A model generated the notes under the pieces. That model was not told the origin of the DNA. It ran no database searches and saw only the letters and a list, made by a program, of their open reading frames with translations. Both the position numbers and the translations under genes were made by a program. From NCBI GenBank assembly GCA_025057115.1, contig JANWWZ010000003.1, forward strand, positions 241,025 to 305,024: a stretch of 64,000 nt of DNA, read 5' to 3'. Each line of letters starts with the position of its first letter. The stretch's first letter is position 1. Shown here one piece after another: positions 28,873 to 38,391 of the stretch. The DNA comes from Bernardetiaceae bacterium. Lineage in GTDB: Bacteria > Bacteroidota > Bacteroidia > Cytophagales > Thermoflexibacteraceae.

Positions 28873-29919
28873 ATGGAACATCAACTTTGCACTCAAATTT
28901 TTACCAGCCATCAGCCTTTCGAGTTAGAACAGGGCGATGTGTTGCCTTTGCTGCAAATTACTTACACTACTCTGGGAAAAATTAATGAAACGCGAGACAA
29001 CGTAGTATGGATATGCCACGCCCTTACAGGTAACTCCAACCCAGTAGATTGGTGGCCAGGAATGGTAGGAGAAGGGCGCTTTTATGACCCAGAAGAGTAT
29101 TTTATCATATGTGCTAATATTATTGGCTCTTGCTACGGCAGTACAGGACCGCTTTCTATCAATCCATTGACAGGGCAGCATTACTACGCCGATTTTCCAG
29201 AGGTAACCATTCGCGATATGGTGCGGGCGCACGAGCTTTTGCGCAAGCATTTGAAAATCAACCGCATTCATACCTGCATTGGAGGTTCTCTAGGCGGACA
29301 GCAAGCCCTTGAATGGGCTATTATGCAACCTGATTTAATTCAGCATTTGGTCATATTAGCTTCCAATGCGCGGCACTCTCCGTGGGGCATTGCCTTTAAC
29401 GAAGCTCAACGCATGGCTATCTTCGCTGACCCTACCTGGAATCAGCCCCGTCCCGATGCAGGGCAAAGCGGACTCAAGGCAGCCCGTGCTATTGCTATGC
29501 TCTCCTACCGCCACTACGAGGCTTATCAAGTGCGGCAAAGTGAAACGACCAACAACAAACTAAGTGATTTCAAAGCAGCAAGCTACATGCGCTATCAAGG
29601 CGAGAAACTCGTTAAACGCTTCAATGTGATTTCTTACCTACGCCTTGCCTCTGCAATGGATAGCCATAATGTAGGACGCGGGCGAAAAGGCATTGTTGAA
29701 GCTCTGGCAAACGTGAAAGCCTCTACTTTGGTAATTGGCATTTCTTCTGACATTTTATTCCCCGTCTCAGAACAACAGTTTATCGCTCAGCACATACCGA
29801 ATGCAACTTACAGTGAAATAGATTCCATCTATGGGCATGACGGCTTTTTGGTAGAATACGACCAACTCACAAGATTGCTTCATTCTTTTTACAAAAATCT
29901 GCATAGATCGGCGGCGTAG
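28873..29919 (+). CDS. metX: Homoserine O-acetyltransferase
   Basis: 348 aa alpha/beta hydrolase with GGSLGG nucleophile motif and an HDGFL C-terminal motif. Adjacent to metY. Confidence 0.9.
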   Translation: MEHQLCTQIFTSHQPFELEQGDVLPLLQITYTTLGKINETRDNVVWICHALTGNSNPVDWWPGMVGEGRFYDPEEYFIICANIIGSCYGSTGPLSINPLTGQHYYADFPEVTIRDMVRAHELLRKHLKINRIHTCIGGSLGGQQALEWAIMQPDLIQHLVILASNARHSPWGIAFNEAQRMAIFADPTWNQPRPDAGQSGLKAARAIAMLSYRHYEAYQVRQSETTNNKLSDFKAASYMRYQGEKLVKRFNVISYLRLASAMDSHNVGRGRKGIVEALANVKASTLVIGISSDILFPVSEQQFIAQHIPNATYSEIDSIYGHDGFLVEYDQLTRLLHSFYKNLHRSAA

Positions 29920-29958
29920 GCTTATCTGTTGTAATTTTGAGAAGACAATTTCCCATGA

Positions 29959-30396
29959 ATGAAGCAATTGCCTTTGCTTTTCCTTATCGCAATGGTGTAC
30001 GGGCAGGAAGTCGCCTTTGCCCAAACGACTCCTTCTGCGTCAGGAGTTTATGAAGGTATTTTCATAATTGGTTACGTCAATCGCGGGGCTTTTCTAAACT
30101 TTACAGGACCCAACATTAATTTTACAAAAGGCAATTCGAAGTACATCTTGGGCATGTTGCCTTCTTTGCGCGTGAGACAAGAAGACCAAACACCGCGAAA
30201 TGCTCTTGTTATCCCTTCGTTAGGAGCGGGGTTCACTTATACTTACAAAGCCTTTGCTTTACAAGTGGCATTGTATTACAATGCAAGAACTGCTACAACC
30301 AATGGCAGTTGGCATGTAGGTATGGGTATAGGTCTGAGACTCAACTATTTTAATAAACCGAAAAAAAGTGAGGTTGCCCCTGCCAAGCCAAACTAA
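29959..30396 (+). CDS. Small secreted protein of unknown function
   Basis: Signal peptide MKQLPLLFLIAMVYGQEVAFAQ, with alternating beta-like sequence. Confidence 0.5.
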   Translation: MKQLPLLFLIAMVYGQEVAFAQTTPSASGVYEGIFIIGYVNRGAFLNFTGPNINFTKGNSKYILGMLPSLRVRQEDQTPRNALVIPSLGAGFTYTYKAFALQVALYYNARTATTNGSWHVGMGIGLRLNYFNKPKKSEVAPAKPN

Positions 30397-30513
30397 TCTC
30401 GTCTGACAGCAGAGGCATTATCACAAGACAAGACTCAAGAGCCGACAGCTGAAAGTGTGAGCAAAATGAAAGAAGTATAGAGTGAAAAGCTCACCTTTGT
30501 GGGTGAAGGCAGG

Positions 30514-30558
30514 AGAAAAAAAGCCGTTAGCGCTTGTGGGCATAACGGCTCCTATTTT
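30514..30558. terminator. Bidirectional hairpin terminator between convergent genes
   Basis: Perfect 8-bp stem AGCCGTTA/TAACGGCT (30522-30529 / 30543-30550). An A-run lies upstream and T-rich sequence downstream. Confidence 0.6.
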
Positions 30559-31433
30559 GGAGAGGCAGGTTTCACGGAAACTAATTCCACTTCAAAGCGC
30601 AAGATGCTATTGGCGGGGATGTCCGGCGAAGGCGACTGAGCGCCATACCCTAGTTTAGAAGGCAAATAAAAAGTAGCTTTTCCGCCTTGCTTCATGAGCA
30701 TGACTCCTTCATCAAATCCAGCGATCATTTGTCCTGCCCCGCAGGTAAACTTAAGTGGCTGACCTCGGTCTAAAGAGGAGTCAAACTTTTTTTCAGAAGG
30801 TATTAAAGTACCTGTGTAGTGGGTTTCTACTTCGTCGCCTTTTTTGGGTTGAGGTCCTTTGCCTTCTTTGTCAATGGTGTAGTATAAACCTGAGCTAGTG
30901 CGCTTGGCATTGGTAATGCCCTTATCAGCCAGAAATTGCTTGATCACTTCTTCTTCTTTACTGAGTTGCTCTTCTTGCTCCTTTTTCGAGATTTCTTTTA
31001 GCTTGGCTTCGTCCATGATATCCAAAATCTTCATATCGAAGCGTATTTCGCTGCCCTTTTTAAGGAACGGAGGCACCATCATCCCATAAATCGAGTCCAC
31101 TGACTCGTAAAAAGAAACGCTATCGCCTTTGACCATTTCTGCAAGACCCTTACCAATCCTTCCTAGTGAAGGCTCATCGGGTCTAATGTAAAACGCTTTA
31201 ACTACTTTGCGAGTATCTTGCAATAAAGTGTCCTTGCCTTCTGAAGTAACTCCCCACATTTGAAAATGCAAAGACATATAATCGCCTGGTTTGGCTTTTT
31301 CTCCTTGCAGATTGGTGTGCTTAGCGTAGCGCAACCCATTGGGCAATACTTTGATGTTGCTATTTTGCCCGCAGCTTCCCAGCAAAATAGTGGCGCTGAG
31401 GAAGTATGAAGCGATGCGAATACTTTTGTACAT
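30552..31433 (-). CDS. FKBP-type peptidyl-prolyl cis-trans isomerase lipoprotein
   Basis: Lipobox LLGSCGQ. C-terminal FKBP domain (HYTGTL...FDSS...PLKFTCGAGQMIAGFDEGV...LGYG). Confidence 0.85.
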   Translation of the reverse strand: MYKSIRIASYFLSATILLGSCGQNSNIKVLPNGLRYAKHTNLQGEKAKPGDYMSLHFQMWGVTSEGKDTLLQDTRKVVKAFYIRPDEPSLGRIGKGLAEMVKGDSVSFYESVDSIYGMMVPPFLKKGSEIRFDMKILDIMDEAKLKEISKKEQEEQLSKEEEVIKQFLADKGITNAKRTSSGLYYTIDKEGKGPQPKKGDEVETHYTGTLIPSEKKFDSSLDRGQPLKFTCGAGQMIAGFDEGVMLMKQGGKATFYLPSKLGYGAQSPSPDIPANSILRFEVELVSVKPASPK

Positions 31434-31473
31434 GGAAGTGATAATATATTTGAGTTGAGTGCAAAAGTAATCT

Positions 31474-32490
31474 TCAAGAAGTTGCTAACCTATCAGCATA
31501 GTGAGTAATTACGTGTAAGAATGTTTTTTCTGCTTCTTCAATGGACATTTCTAACCTGCCACCTGCTGCGTTGATGTGTCCGCCGCCATTGAAATGGTTT
31601 CGCGCCAGGTCATTGACAGAGAAGTCACCCACTGAGCGAAGGGACATTTTTACAAATCCGTCATCTTCCTTGAGGATGACTGCCAGTTTAATACCTTTGA
31701 TAGAAAGACCATAGTTTACCAGTCCTTCTGTATCGCCGATTTGGTGATTAAATCGGTTTAGGTCTTGTTTTGTCAGGACGAAGTAGGCAGTGCTGAGCTC
31801 GGGAATTACTTTTAGTCTTTCGCTGAGGGCAAATCCTTTGAGCCTCAATCTGTCCAAAGTGCTATTGTCGTAAATGTTGCGGTGAATAACGGTGTGATTA
31901 ATTCCTTTTTCTAGCAAGTTAGCTACGATGCGGTGGATGTGAGGAGTTACGCTAGCATATTTAAAACTACCTGTATCGGTCATAATGCCAGCGTAAATGC
32001 AAGTGGCAATATCACAGTCTATGTCTTGGTCGCTGCCGATGAGGTGAATAAATTCATAGACCAGCTCAGCGGTAGCAGCTGCTGTGACACGGCAATATTC
32101 AAGATCGGCAAAATCTTTTTTGTCTTGGTGGTGATCGATGAGTACTTTGAGGGCTTTGGGGTTTTCATTGACAAAGACATCTAAAGGGGCGCAACGTTTG
32201 AGGTCGTTGAAGTCCAAACAAAAAATAAGATCTGCCTGAGCAATGAAGTAGCGACATGATTCTTCTGTTTGTTCTGAGTAAACTACTACTTGCGGATTGC
32301 CAGGCAGCCAAGACAAGAAGTCTGCATAAGCCGTTGGAGAAATTACCACTGCTTGATACCCTTTCTTGTTAAAAAACCCCCACAAAGCCAAGCTAGAGCC
32401 TAGCGCATCGGCATCGGGTTTTTGGTGAGGTATAATTACAATGCGCTGCCACGATGAAAGCTGCTCCTTGAACGACTCGATATTTAACAT
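31474..32490 (-). CDS. DHH-family phosphoesterase (NrnA-like oligoribonuclease/pAp phosphatase)
   Basis: Motifs HQKPDADALGS, DHHQ and a GGGH-type DHHA1 motif (GGGHINAAGG). Confidence 0.8.
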   Translation of the reverse strand: MLNIESFKEQLSSWQRIVIIPHQKPDADALGSSLALWGFFNKKGYQAVVISPTAYADFLSWLPGNPQVVVYSEQTEESCRYFIAQADLIFCLDFNDLKRCAPLDVFVNENPKALKVLIDHHQDKKDFADLEYCRVTAAATAELVYEFIHLIGSDQDIDCDIATCIYAGIMTDTGSFKYASVTPHIHRIVANLLEKGINHTVIHRNIYDNSTLDRLRLKGFALSERLKVIPELSTAYFVLTKQDLNRFNHQIGDTEGLVNYGLSIKGIKLAVILKEDDGFVKMSLRSVGDFSVNDLARNHFNGGGHINAAGGRLEMSIEEAEKTFLHVITHYADRLATS

Positions 32491-32608
32491 GGGCAGGTTT
32501 TTCTCCCTATTTTAGCCTTTAGTTGTGTTTCTTAAATGCTAAGTATGCAAAGTTGACAATATTAGCGCTTAATTACAAGCTAATGCCAAAACAGTCAAGA
32601 GAAAAAGC

Positions 32609-32616
32609 TAACTTTG
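32609..32616 (+). promoter_or_regulatory. Candidate -7 promoter box (TAACTTTG), which implies a near-leaderless udk mRNA
   Basis: TAnnTTTG match ending 7 nt before the ATG at 32624. Confidence 0.3.
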
Positions 32617-32623
32617 CAAGGGT

Positions 32624-33241
32624 ATGACTCAACCTTTTTTGATTGGCGTTTCTGGCGGTAGTGGTGCTGGCAAAACTTACTTTCTCAATAAACTCATGTA
32701 TGCCCTTGGGGAGGAGTCTATTTGCTTAATTTCTCAAGACCATTACTACCGCGATAAGGAGCAGCAGCCAACAGATGAGAATGGTGTAAAGAATTTTGAT
32801 ACGCCCGAGTCCATAGATAGCCAACAACTTTTGCACGATTTAAAACAACTTTACAGCGGATCTGAAGTACGCCGAAAAGAATACACTTTTAACAATCCAG
32901 CCATCACTCCCCGCACGCTGATTTTTCGCCCGCGTCCAGTGATTATCTTAGAAGGACTTTTTGTATTTTACTACCCTGAAATTGCTCAACTGATAGACTT
33001 GAAAATATTCATCGAAGCCAAAGACCACATTAAAATTAAAAGGCGAATTTTGCGCGACAATCTAGAGCGCGGCTGCGATATAAATGATGTCCTTTATCGC
33101 TACGAACACCACGTAATGCCAGCATACGAAAAATACATCAGTCCACTGAAAAACCAAGTGGATATTATTATACCCAATAACCAAAATCCAGATAAAGCGC
33201 TAGAGGTGATTGTAGGTTTTCTTAGATATAAACTCTCATGA
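32624..33241 (+). CDS. udk: Uridine kinase
   Basis: P-loop IGVSGGSGAGKT, 205 aa. Confidence 0.88.
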   Translation: MTQPFLIGVSGGSGAGKTYFLNKLMYALGEESICLISQDHYYRDKEQQPTDENGVKNFDTPESIDSQQLLHDLKQLYSGSEVRRKEYTFNNPAITPRTLIFRPRPVIILEGLFVFYYPEIAQLIDLKIFIEAKDHIKIKRRILRDNLERGCDINDVLYRYEHHVMPAYEKYISPLKNQVDIIIPNNQNPDKALEVIVGFLRYKLS

Positions 33242-33936
33242 GCAGCGGACATCGCTTTGCAGTGATTGGCTTAGGTCAATTTGGGTTTTCAGTTGCCCGC
33301 AATTTAGCAGCTCGCGGAGCAGAAGTCCTTGCTATTGATAAAGATATCGACCTAGTAGAAGAAATACGCGACGAAGTAGCCTATGCAGTAGCTTTAGATG
33401 CGACTGATTTTAAAGCCTTGAGCTCGCAGAGCATTGCCGATATGGATGCCGTATTGGTGGCTATCGGCGAAAATACAGAAGGGCTCTTGCTCACTGTCGT
33501 CCAATTGCTTGAGTTGAAAGCGAAGCGGATTATTGCTCGTGCAATGAGTCAGCAGCAAAAGCTCATTTTGCAGAAGTTGGGCATTACTGAAATTATCTCG
33601 CCAGAGGAAGAAATCGGCATGATGGTGGCAGAAATGCTGCTCAACCCTAATATGAAGGCTATTATGCCCTTGCCAGACAATTACGAAATTGTAGAAATAC
33701 AAGTGCCTCGAAAAGCCTACAAGCGTTCTCTTAAAGATATTGGGCTAGCGGATAATTATCGCCTAGAGCTCATTGCCATCAAACGAAAATACGAGGAGTA
33801 CTTCGATGCGCGCAAGCGCTCTATGGAGCACCTGATCATCCGCCCCTCAGAAGACACCGAACTGGAATACTCTGACGTAATTATTGTGCTAGGAAAATCG
33901 CAAGACGTAGTTAAGTTTATCGAATTTAACAAATAA
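33238..33936 (+). CDS. TrkA/KtrA-type potassium transport regulatory protein (RCK N+C domains)
   Basis: Rossmann motif FAVIGLGQFGFSVARNLAARGAEVLAIDKD. Overlaps the udk stop by 4 nt. Confidence 0.8.
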   Translation: MSSGHRFAVIGLGQFGFSVARNLAARGAEVLAIDKDIDLVEEIRDEVAYAVALDATDFKALSSQSIADMDAVLVAIGENTEGLLLTVVQLLELKAKRIIARAMSQQQKLILQKLGITEIISPEEEIGMMVAEMLLNPNMKAIMPLPDNYEIVEIQVPRKAYKRSLKDIGLADNYRLELIAIKRKYEEYFDARKRSMEHLIIRPSEDTELEYSDVIIVLGKSQDVVKFIEFNK

Positions 33937-33947
33937 ATAACTGTGCC

Positions 33948-35276
33948 ATGTTTGAAAATTTAACACAAAGACTCAACCAAGCGCTTAAGACCCTCAAAGG
34001 AAAAGGCACTATTACAGAAATCAACATCGCTACCACTGTCAAGGAAATACGCAAAGCGCTGGTAGAAGCCGATGTAAACTACAAAATAGCCAAACAAATT
34101 ACCGACCAAATAAAAGAAGAGGCTATTGGCAGAAAAGTACTGATTGCTGTCAATCCTAATGAGCTTTTTGTTAAAATTGTTTACGATAAACTGGTAGAGT
34201 TGATGGGCAGCCAGCGCCACGACCTCAATCTCAAAGGCGACCCTGCCATTATTATGATTGCGGGTCTCAACGGTGCTGGAAAAACTACTTTTGCCGCCAA
34301 GTTAGCTAAACTGCTCAAAAGCCAAGGAAGGCAAGTGATGTTAGCCGCTTGCGATGTCTACCGACCAGCTGCTGTTGAACAACTCAAAGTATTGGGCGAG
34401 CAAATTGGCGTAGAAGTATATGCTGAACCAGAAAATACAAATCCTATTGCCATTGCTACCAATGCAGCCCAACGCGCTAAAGCCGTGGGCAAGAAAATTC
34501 TCATTCTGGATACGGCAGGACGCCTTACGCTAGACCAAGTGCTCATGCAAGAAATTGCAGACTTGAAAAAAGCACTCCAGCCTTCCGAAACCCTCCTTGT
34601 AGTGGATGCCATGACAGGACAAGACGCTGTTAATGCCGCAGTGGCTTTTAACCAGCGGATTGACTACGACGGCGTCGTCCTGACTAAATTAGATGGTGAT
34701 GCGCGCGGCGGTGCAGCTCTTTCTATTCGGGCAGAGGTAAATAAGCCCATTAAGTTTATTAGCACAGGTGAAAAAATGGAAGCCCTTGACTACTTCTATC
34801 CCGATCGCATGGCGCAGCGCATCTTAGGCATGGGCGATGTACTCTCGCTAGTGGAAAGAGCCCAACGCGCCTTTGACGAGGAAGAAGCCAGGCGCCTCAA
34901 TCAAAAAATTCGCAAAAACCAACTGGATTTTAATGATTTTCTCTCCCAATTGCGGCAAATTAAGCGCATGGGAAACCTTAAGGAACTCATTAGCATGATT
35001 CCAGGCATGAGCACCTTCGCCAAAAATTTGAATATTGACGATGATGCTTTCAAACCCATAGAAGCTATTATACTTTCTATGACCCCTCAAGAACGCAGCA
35101 AACCCGAGTTGCTTCAAAATCCCAGCCGAAAAAAGCGCATTGCCGCTGGTAGCGGTACTTCTGTTACTGAAGTAAACAATCTGCTAAAAAATTTCGAATC
35201 CATGCGCAACATGATGAAAAAAATGAATCAACTTACTCCTGCCCAGCTGCAGAAAATGAATAAAAAACGTCGGTGA
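33948..35276 (+). CDS. ffh: Signal recognition particle protein Ffh
   Basis: NG domain (GLNGAGKTTFAAKLA, DTAGR, TKLDGDARGG) followed by a Met-rich M domain. Confidence 0.95.
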   Translation: MFENLTQRLNQALKTLKGKGTITEINIATTVKEIRKALVEADVNYKIAKQITDQIKEEAIGRKVLIAVNPNELFVKIVYDKLVELMGSQRHDLNLKGDPAIIMIAGLNGAGKTTFAAKLAKLLKSQGRQVMLAACDVYRPAAVEQLKVLGEQIGVEVYAEPENTNPIAIATNAAQRAKAVGKKILILDTAGRLTLDQVLMQEIADLKKALQPSETLLVVDAMTGQDAVNAAVAFNQRIDYDGVVLTKLDGDARGGAALSIRAEVNKPIKFISTGEKMEALDYFYPDRMAQRILGMGDVLSLVERAQRAFDEEEARRLNQKIRKNQLDFNDFLSQLRQIKRMGNLKELISMIPGMSTFAKNLNIDDDAFKPIEAIILSMTPQERSKPELLQNPSRKKRIAAGSGTSVTEVNNLLKNFESMRNMMKKMNQLTPAQLQKMNKKRR

Positions 35277-35456
35277 GAAGTAAGGCAAGGCTGAAGCTTT
35301 CATTGGTGAGTTAAAAAATGCTTTGCTTTTTTGCCAAGTAAATTTGCTTGATTCTCTCTTGCTGACGAGTTTGCAGTGAAATGACAGTAACATTTACCAG
35401 ATGCATCAAAACTGTTTTCTTTTTGTACATAAGTAGCAAACGCTGCTTTTTTGTCT

Positions 35457-35464
35457 TATATTTG
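35457..35464 (+). promoter_or_regulatory. Candidate -7 promoter box (TATATTTG)
   Basis: TAnnTTTG match inside the ORF-track 5' extension, 43 nt upstream of the TTG at 35508. Confidence 0.3.
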
Positions 35465-35507
35465 TCGGAGATACTTCTTTAGGTTTAGTGTAACACAAGG
35501 TAAGGAA

Positions 35508-37658
35508 TTGAAGCGTTTTGCCGAGTTTTTTTGTATTGCCGCATTTTTTGGACTATCAGCTAGAGCAACATTAGTAGCACAAATCAAGCCTGTTCTAGAT
35601 AGTCTTCAAAATGCATTGTCTAGGGCAAGTACTGATGAGGAGCAAATAAAAATTTGCCTGAATTTATCCACTATAGCTTGGCAAAACGCTTACAATGAAG
35701 AAGCGTTGCAGTATGCTAAAAAAGCTCTCGAAATTGCCAAAAAAATTAACAATGAAAAATTCCAAGCGGACGCCCATCGGTTACTTGGCATTGCATACTT
35801 TAACCGATTGGAGTACGAGAAAGCTCTTCTTCACTACCAACTTGCTCAAGGCATTTATGCAAGTTTGCCTCTAATCGATACGCTCAACTTAGCCAGAACA
35901 CTCAACAACATCGGTTTGCTCTATAGTTATCAAGGCTACATTTACATTAGTCAGCAGTATTTCCATCGCGCTCTTTACCTGCGCAAACTGATTAGAGATA
36001 GCATCGGCATTTCTAATTCACTTACCAACATAGGACGGCTCAAATCCAGTAGTAGGCAATACGATAGTGCGCGTTACTACTTCTGGCAAGCATATGCCCT
36101 GAGAAAAGGCGATACATATTTAGTCATCTCCTCTATGATGGATATTGCAGAGTCCTTTCGCAAAGAAGGTCAAATGGACTCGGCACTAGTTTACTACCAA
36201 CGCGCTTATGAGCTCGGTCTTGCCAATAATACAAAATACAATGCTTCTTTTGCCCTTTCTTCCATGAGTAATATTTACTACCGTCTTGGAGCATATGCTA
36301 AAGCATTGCAATACGCTATCATGTCCGACACCTTGTCGAAAGATGGGAGCTATTGGCAACGCGTTCGCTCTTTAAATGCAGTGGCACAGGCATACGTAGG
36401 CATGCGAAAATTTTCTCTAGCGAAAAAAGTATTGCAACAGGCTCTGGAGATAGGAATTCGTACTCAATCTCGCACCGAGCTAGTCAACACTTATCAAATA
36501 CAATACAAATTGGATTCCCTTACAGGAAACTATCGAAAAGCCCTTTACTGGCTTAATCAATACCATGCCCTAAAGGATAGCATTGCTTCGGCTACTTACC
36601 TTAACCAAGCCCTTGAAATGCAATACATTAAAGAAATTAGCCATAAGCAAGAAGTGGTTTTACAACTGCAAAATGAAAGGAAGTTAAAAGCCGTTCAAGA
36701 AAAAAACTATCGTTTTATCACAAGAGCAATAGGGGTTATTATTGTATTATTGCTAGCTGCAATAGCTTTTTTTGCTTACACGTGGCAACGCATTAAAACC
36801 CAAAGCAAAGAACTAGCTCAACGGCAAAAAATCATAGAAAATACCAATGAAGCGCTTACTAAAATAAACGAGGCTTACCAACAAAAAGCCACTGAACTAA
36901 CACAAACTGTCTGTTTGCTCAACCAAACCAACCAAGCTCTTTTTGCTGCCAATTGCGAAAAAGATAATTTAATGGAAATCATTGCCCAAGACCTCAAGCT
37001 ATCTGTAGAGAAAATTAGCAGCCTTGCGCAAATCGTTAAATCATCCAATGGCTTGAGCGAGCAACAACTGGAGCTTGTGCAACTAATAAACCTCTCTGCT
37101 CAAAAGAGCATTAACTTGATTTCCAATATTTTGCTGCTAAATGCCTTAGAGAGTGGACATAACCCCATCAAAGCTGAGCTCACTAACTTGCATTATTTAC
37201 TTACTGTACATGTGCAACCTTATGTACATCAATCCCAAGAAAAGCAAATTTTGTTTGAATGGCACAATGAAGTGGTAAACGAAATCCTAATCGATCCTAA
37301 ATTCTTGTTGCGTATCATTGACAACTTGCTTTCCAACGCCATTAAATTTACTCGAGCAGGTGGAAGAGTAGTCTTGCACACAACAGTAGAACAAGCCCAG
37401 CTAGTTATCCGAGTAATAGACGAAGGGCAAGGCATTTCTATCGATGAACAAAAACTGCTCTTTACTAAATTTAAGCGCCTCAGTGCCATTCCCATCGGTG
37501 CAGAATTCGGCGCGGGAATGGGGCTTGCGATCGTCAAGTATATTGTAGAGAAAATGCAAGGAAAAATAGAAGTAGAAAGCGTTAAGGGAAAAGGGAGCAC
37601 TTTTACTGTATATTTGCCTTTGCAAACCCTTCGTTATGGCGCTTATTCTTGCATATGA
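35508..37658 (+). CDS. TPR-repeat sensor histidine kinase (paralogous architecture to 8424-10643)
   Basis: A TTG start at 35508 gives MKRFAEFFCIAAFFGLSARATLVAQ, a good signal peptide. The ORF-track start at 35451 is also TTG and overlaps the -7 box. Layout is TPR region, one TM, coiled coil, HisKA-like and HATPase_c (NAIKFT, DEGQGIS, GAGMGLAIV). The start is uncertain. Confidence 0.8.
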   Translation: MKRFAEFFCIAAFFGLSARATLVAQIKPVLDSLQNALSRASTDEEQIKICLNLSTIAWQNAYNEEALQYAKKALEIAKKINNEKFQADAHRLLGIAYFNRLEYEKALLHYQLAQGIYASLPLIDTLNLARTLNNIGLLYSYQGYIYISQQYFHRALYLRKLIRDSIGISNSLTNIGRLKSSSRQYDSARYYFWQAYALRKGDTYLVISSMMDIAESFRKEGQMDSALVYYQRAYELGLANNTKYNASFALSSMSNIYYRLGAYAKALQYAIMSDTLSKDGSYWQRVRSLNAVAQAYVGMRKFSLAKKVLQQALEIGIRTQSRTELVNTYQIQYKLDSLTGNYRKALYWLNQYHALKDSIASATYLNQALEMQYIKEISHKQEVVLQLQNERKLKAVQEKNYRFITRAIGVIIVLLLAAIAFFAYTWQRIKTQSKELAQRQKIIENTNEALTKINEAYQQKATELTQTVCLLNQTNQALFAANCEKDNLMEIIAQDLKLSVEKISSLAQIVKSSNGLSEQQLELVQLINLSAQKSINLISNILLLNALESGHNPIKAELTNLHYLLTVHVQPYVHQSQEKQILFEWHNEVVNEILIDPKFLLRIIDNLLSNAIKFTRAGGRVVLHTTVEQAQLVIRVIDEGQGISIDEQKLLFTKFKRLSAIPIGAEFGAGMGLAIVKYIVEKMQGKIEVESVKGKGSTFTVYLPLQTLRYGAYSCI

Positions 37659-38389
37659 AAATAGGCTTGTTTATTCCTTGCTACATAGACCAATTTTATC
37701 CACAAGTAGCCATTGCCACGCTGGAAATTCTAGAAAAGCTCGGACTAGACGTTACCTATCCCTTAGACCAAACTTGTTGCGGACAGCCTATGGCAAACAG
37801 CGGCATGGAAACGGCAGCCTTGCCCGCCATGCAACTGATGATAAAAAATTTTAGCAATTTTGACTACATAGTTACCCCTTCGGGCTCTTGCGCCTACCAT
37901 GTTCGCAAACACTACGATATTCTGCCACAAACTCAAGAGGTTTACCATGTTCGCAAACACACTTACGAACTGTGTGAATTCTTGACCGACATCCTTAATA
38001 TCACTGACTTGGGCGCTCACTTTCCCTTCAAAACGGGATTGCACCAGAGTTGCCATGGGCTTCGTGGGTTGCGCCTGGCACAATCTTCTGAAATTGTTGG
38101 AAAGAATTTCTCCAAAGTACGCACTTTGCTGGAGAACGTAAAAGGTATTACCTTGGTAGAACTGCAGCGCCCTGATGAATGCTGCGGCTTCGGAGGAACC
38201 TTTGCAGTATCAGAAGAAGCCGTCTCGGTGAGCATGGGGCTAGACCGCATTGCTGATCACATAACAGCAGGGGCAGAAGTTATTACAGGCACAGATGTAT
38301 CTTGCTTGATGCATTTAGAAGGTTTGCTCAAGCGACAGAAAAGCCCTGTGCGAGTCATGCATATTGCCCAAATACTCAACAGTCGTTAA
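37655..38389 (+). CDS. LutA/YkgE-like (Fe-S) oxidoreductase subunit with CCG domains
   Basis: MKIGLFIPCYIDQFYP...CCGQPM...CCGFGG. The ATG 37655-37657 overlaps the kinase TGA 37656-37658 (ATGA). Confidence 0.8.
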   Translation: MKIGLFIPCYIDQFYPQVAIATLEILEKLGLDVTYPLDQTCCGQPMANSGMETAALPAMQLMIKNFSNFDYIVTPSGSCAYHVRKHYDILPQTQEVYHVRKHTYELCEFLTDILNITDLGAHFPFKTGLHQSCHGLRGLRLAQSSEIVGKNFSKVRTLLENVKGITLVELQRPDECCGFGGTFAVSEEAVSVSMGLDRIADHITAGAEVITGTDVSCLMHLEGLLKRQKSPVRVMHIAQILNSR

Positions 38390-38391
38390 GT

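Noticed and set aside
31202-31477. 91-aa minus-strand ORF overlapping the FKBP gene start
   Set aside because: It is an alternative frame of the FKBP lipoprotein gene 5' region. The FKBP frame has the signal peptide and the domain.
37229-37625. Two minus-strand ORFs (123 and 74 aa) inside the second histidine kinase gene
   Set aside because: They lie antisense to the HATPase_c coding region, which has clear N, G1 and G2 boxes.
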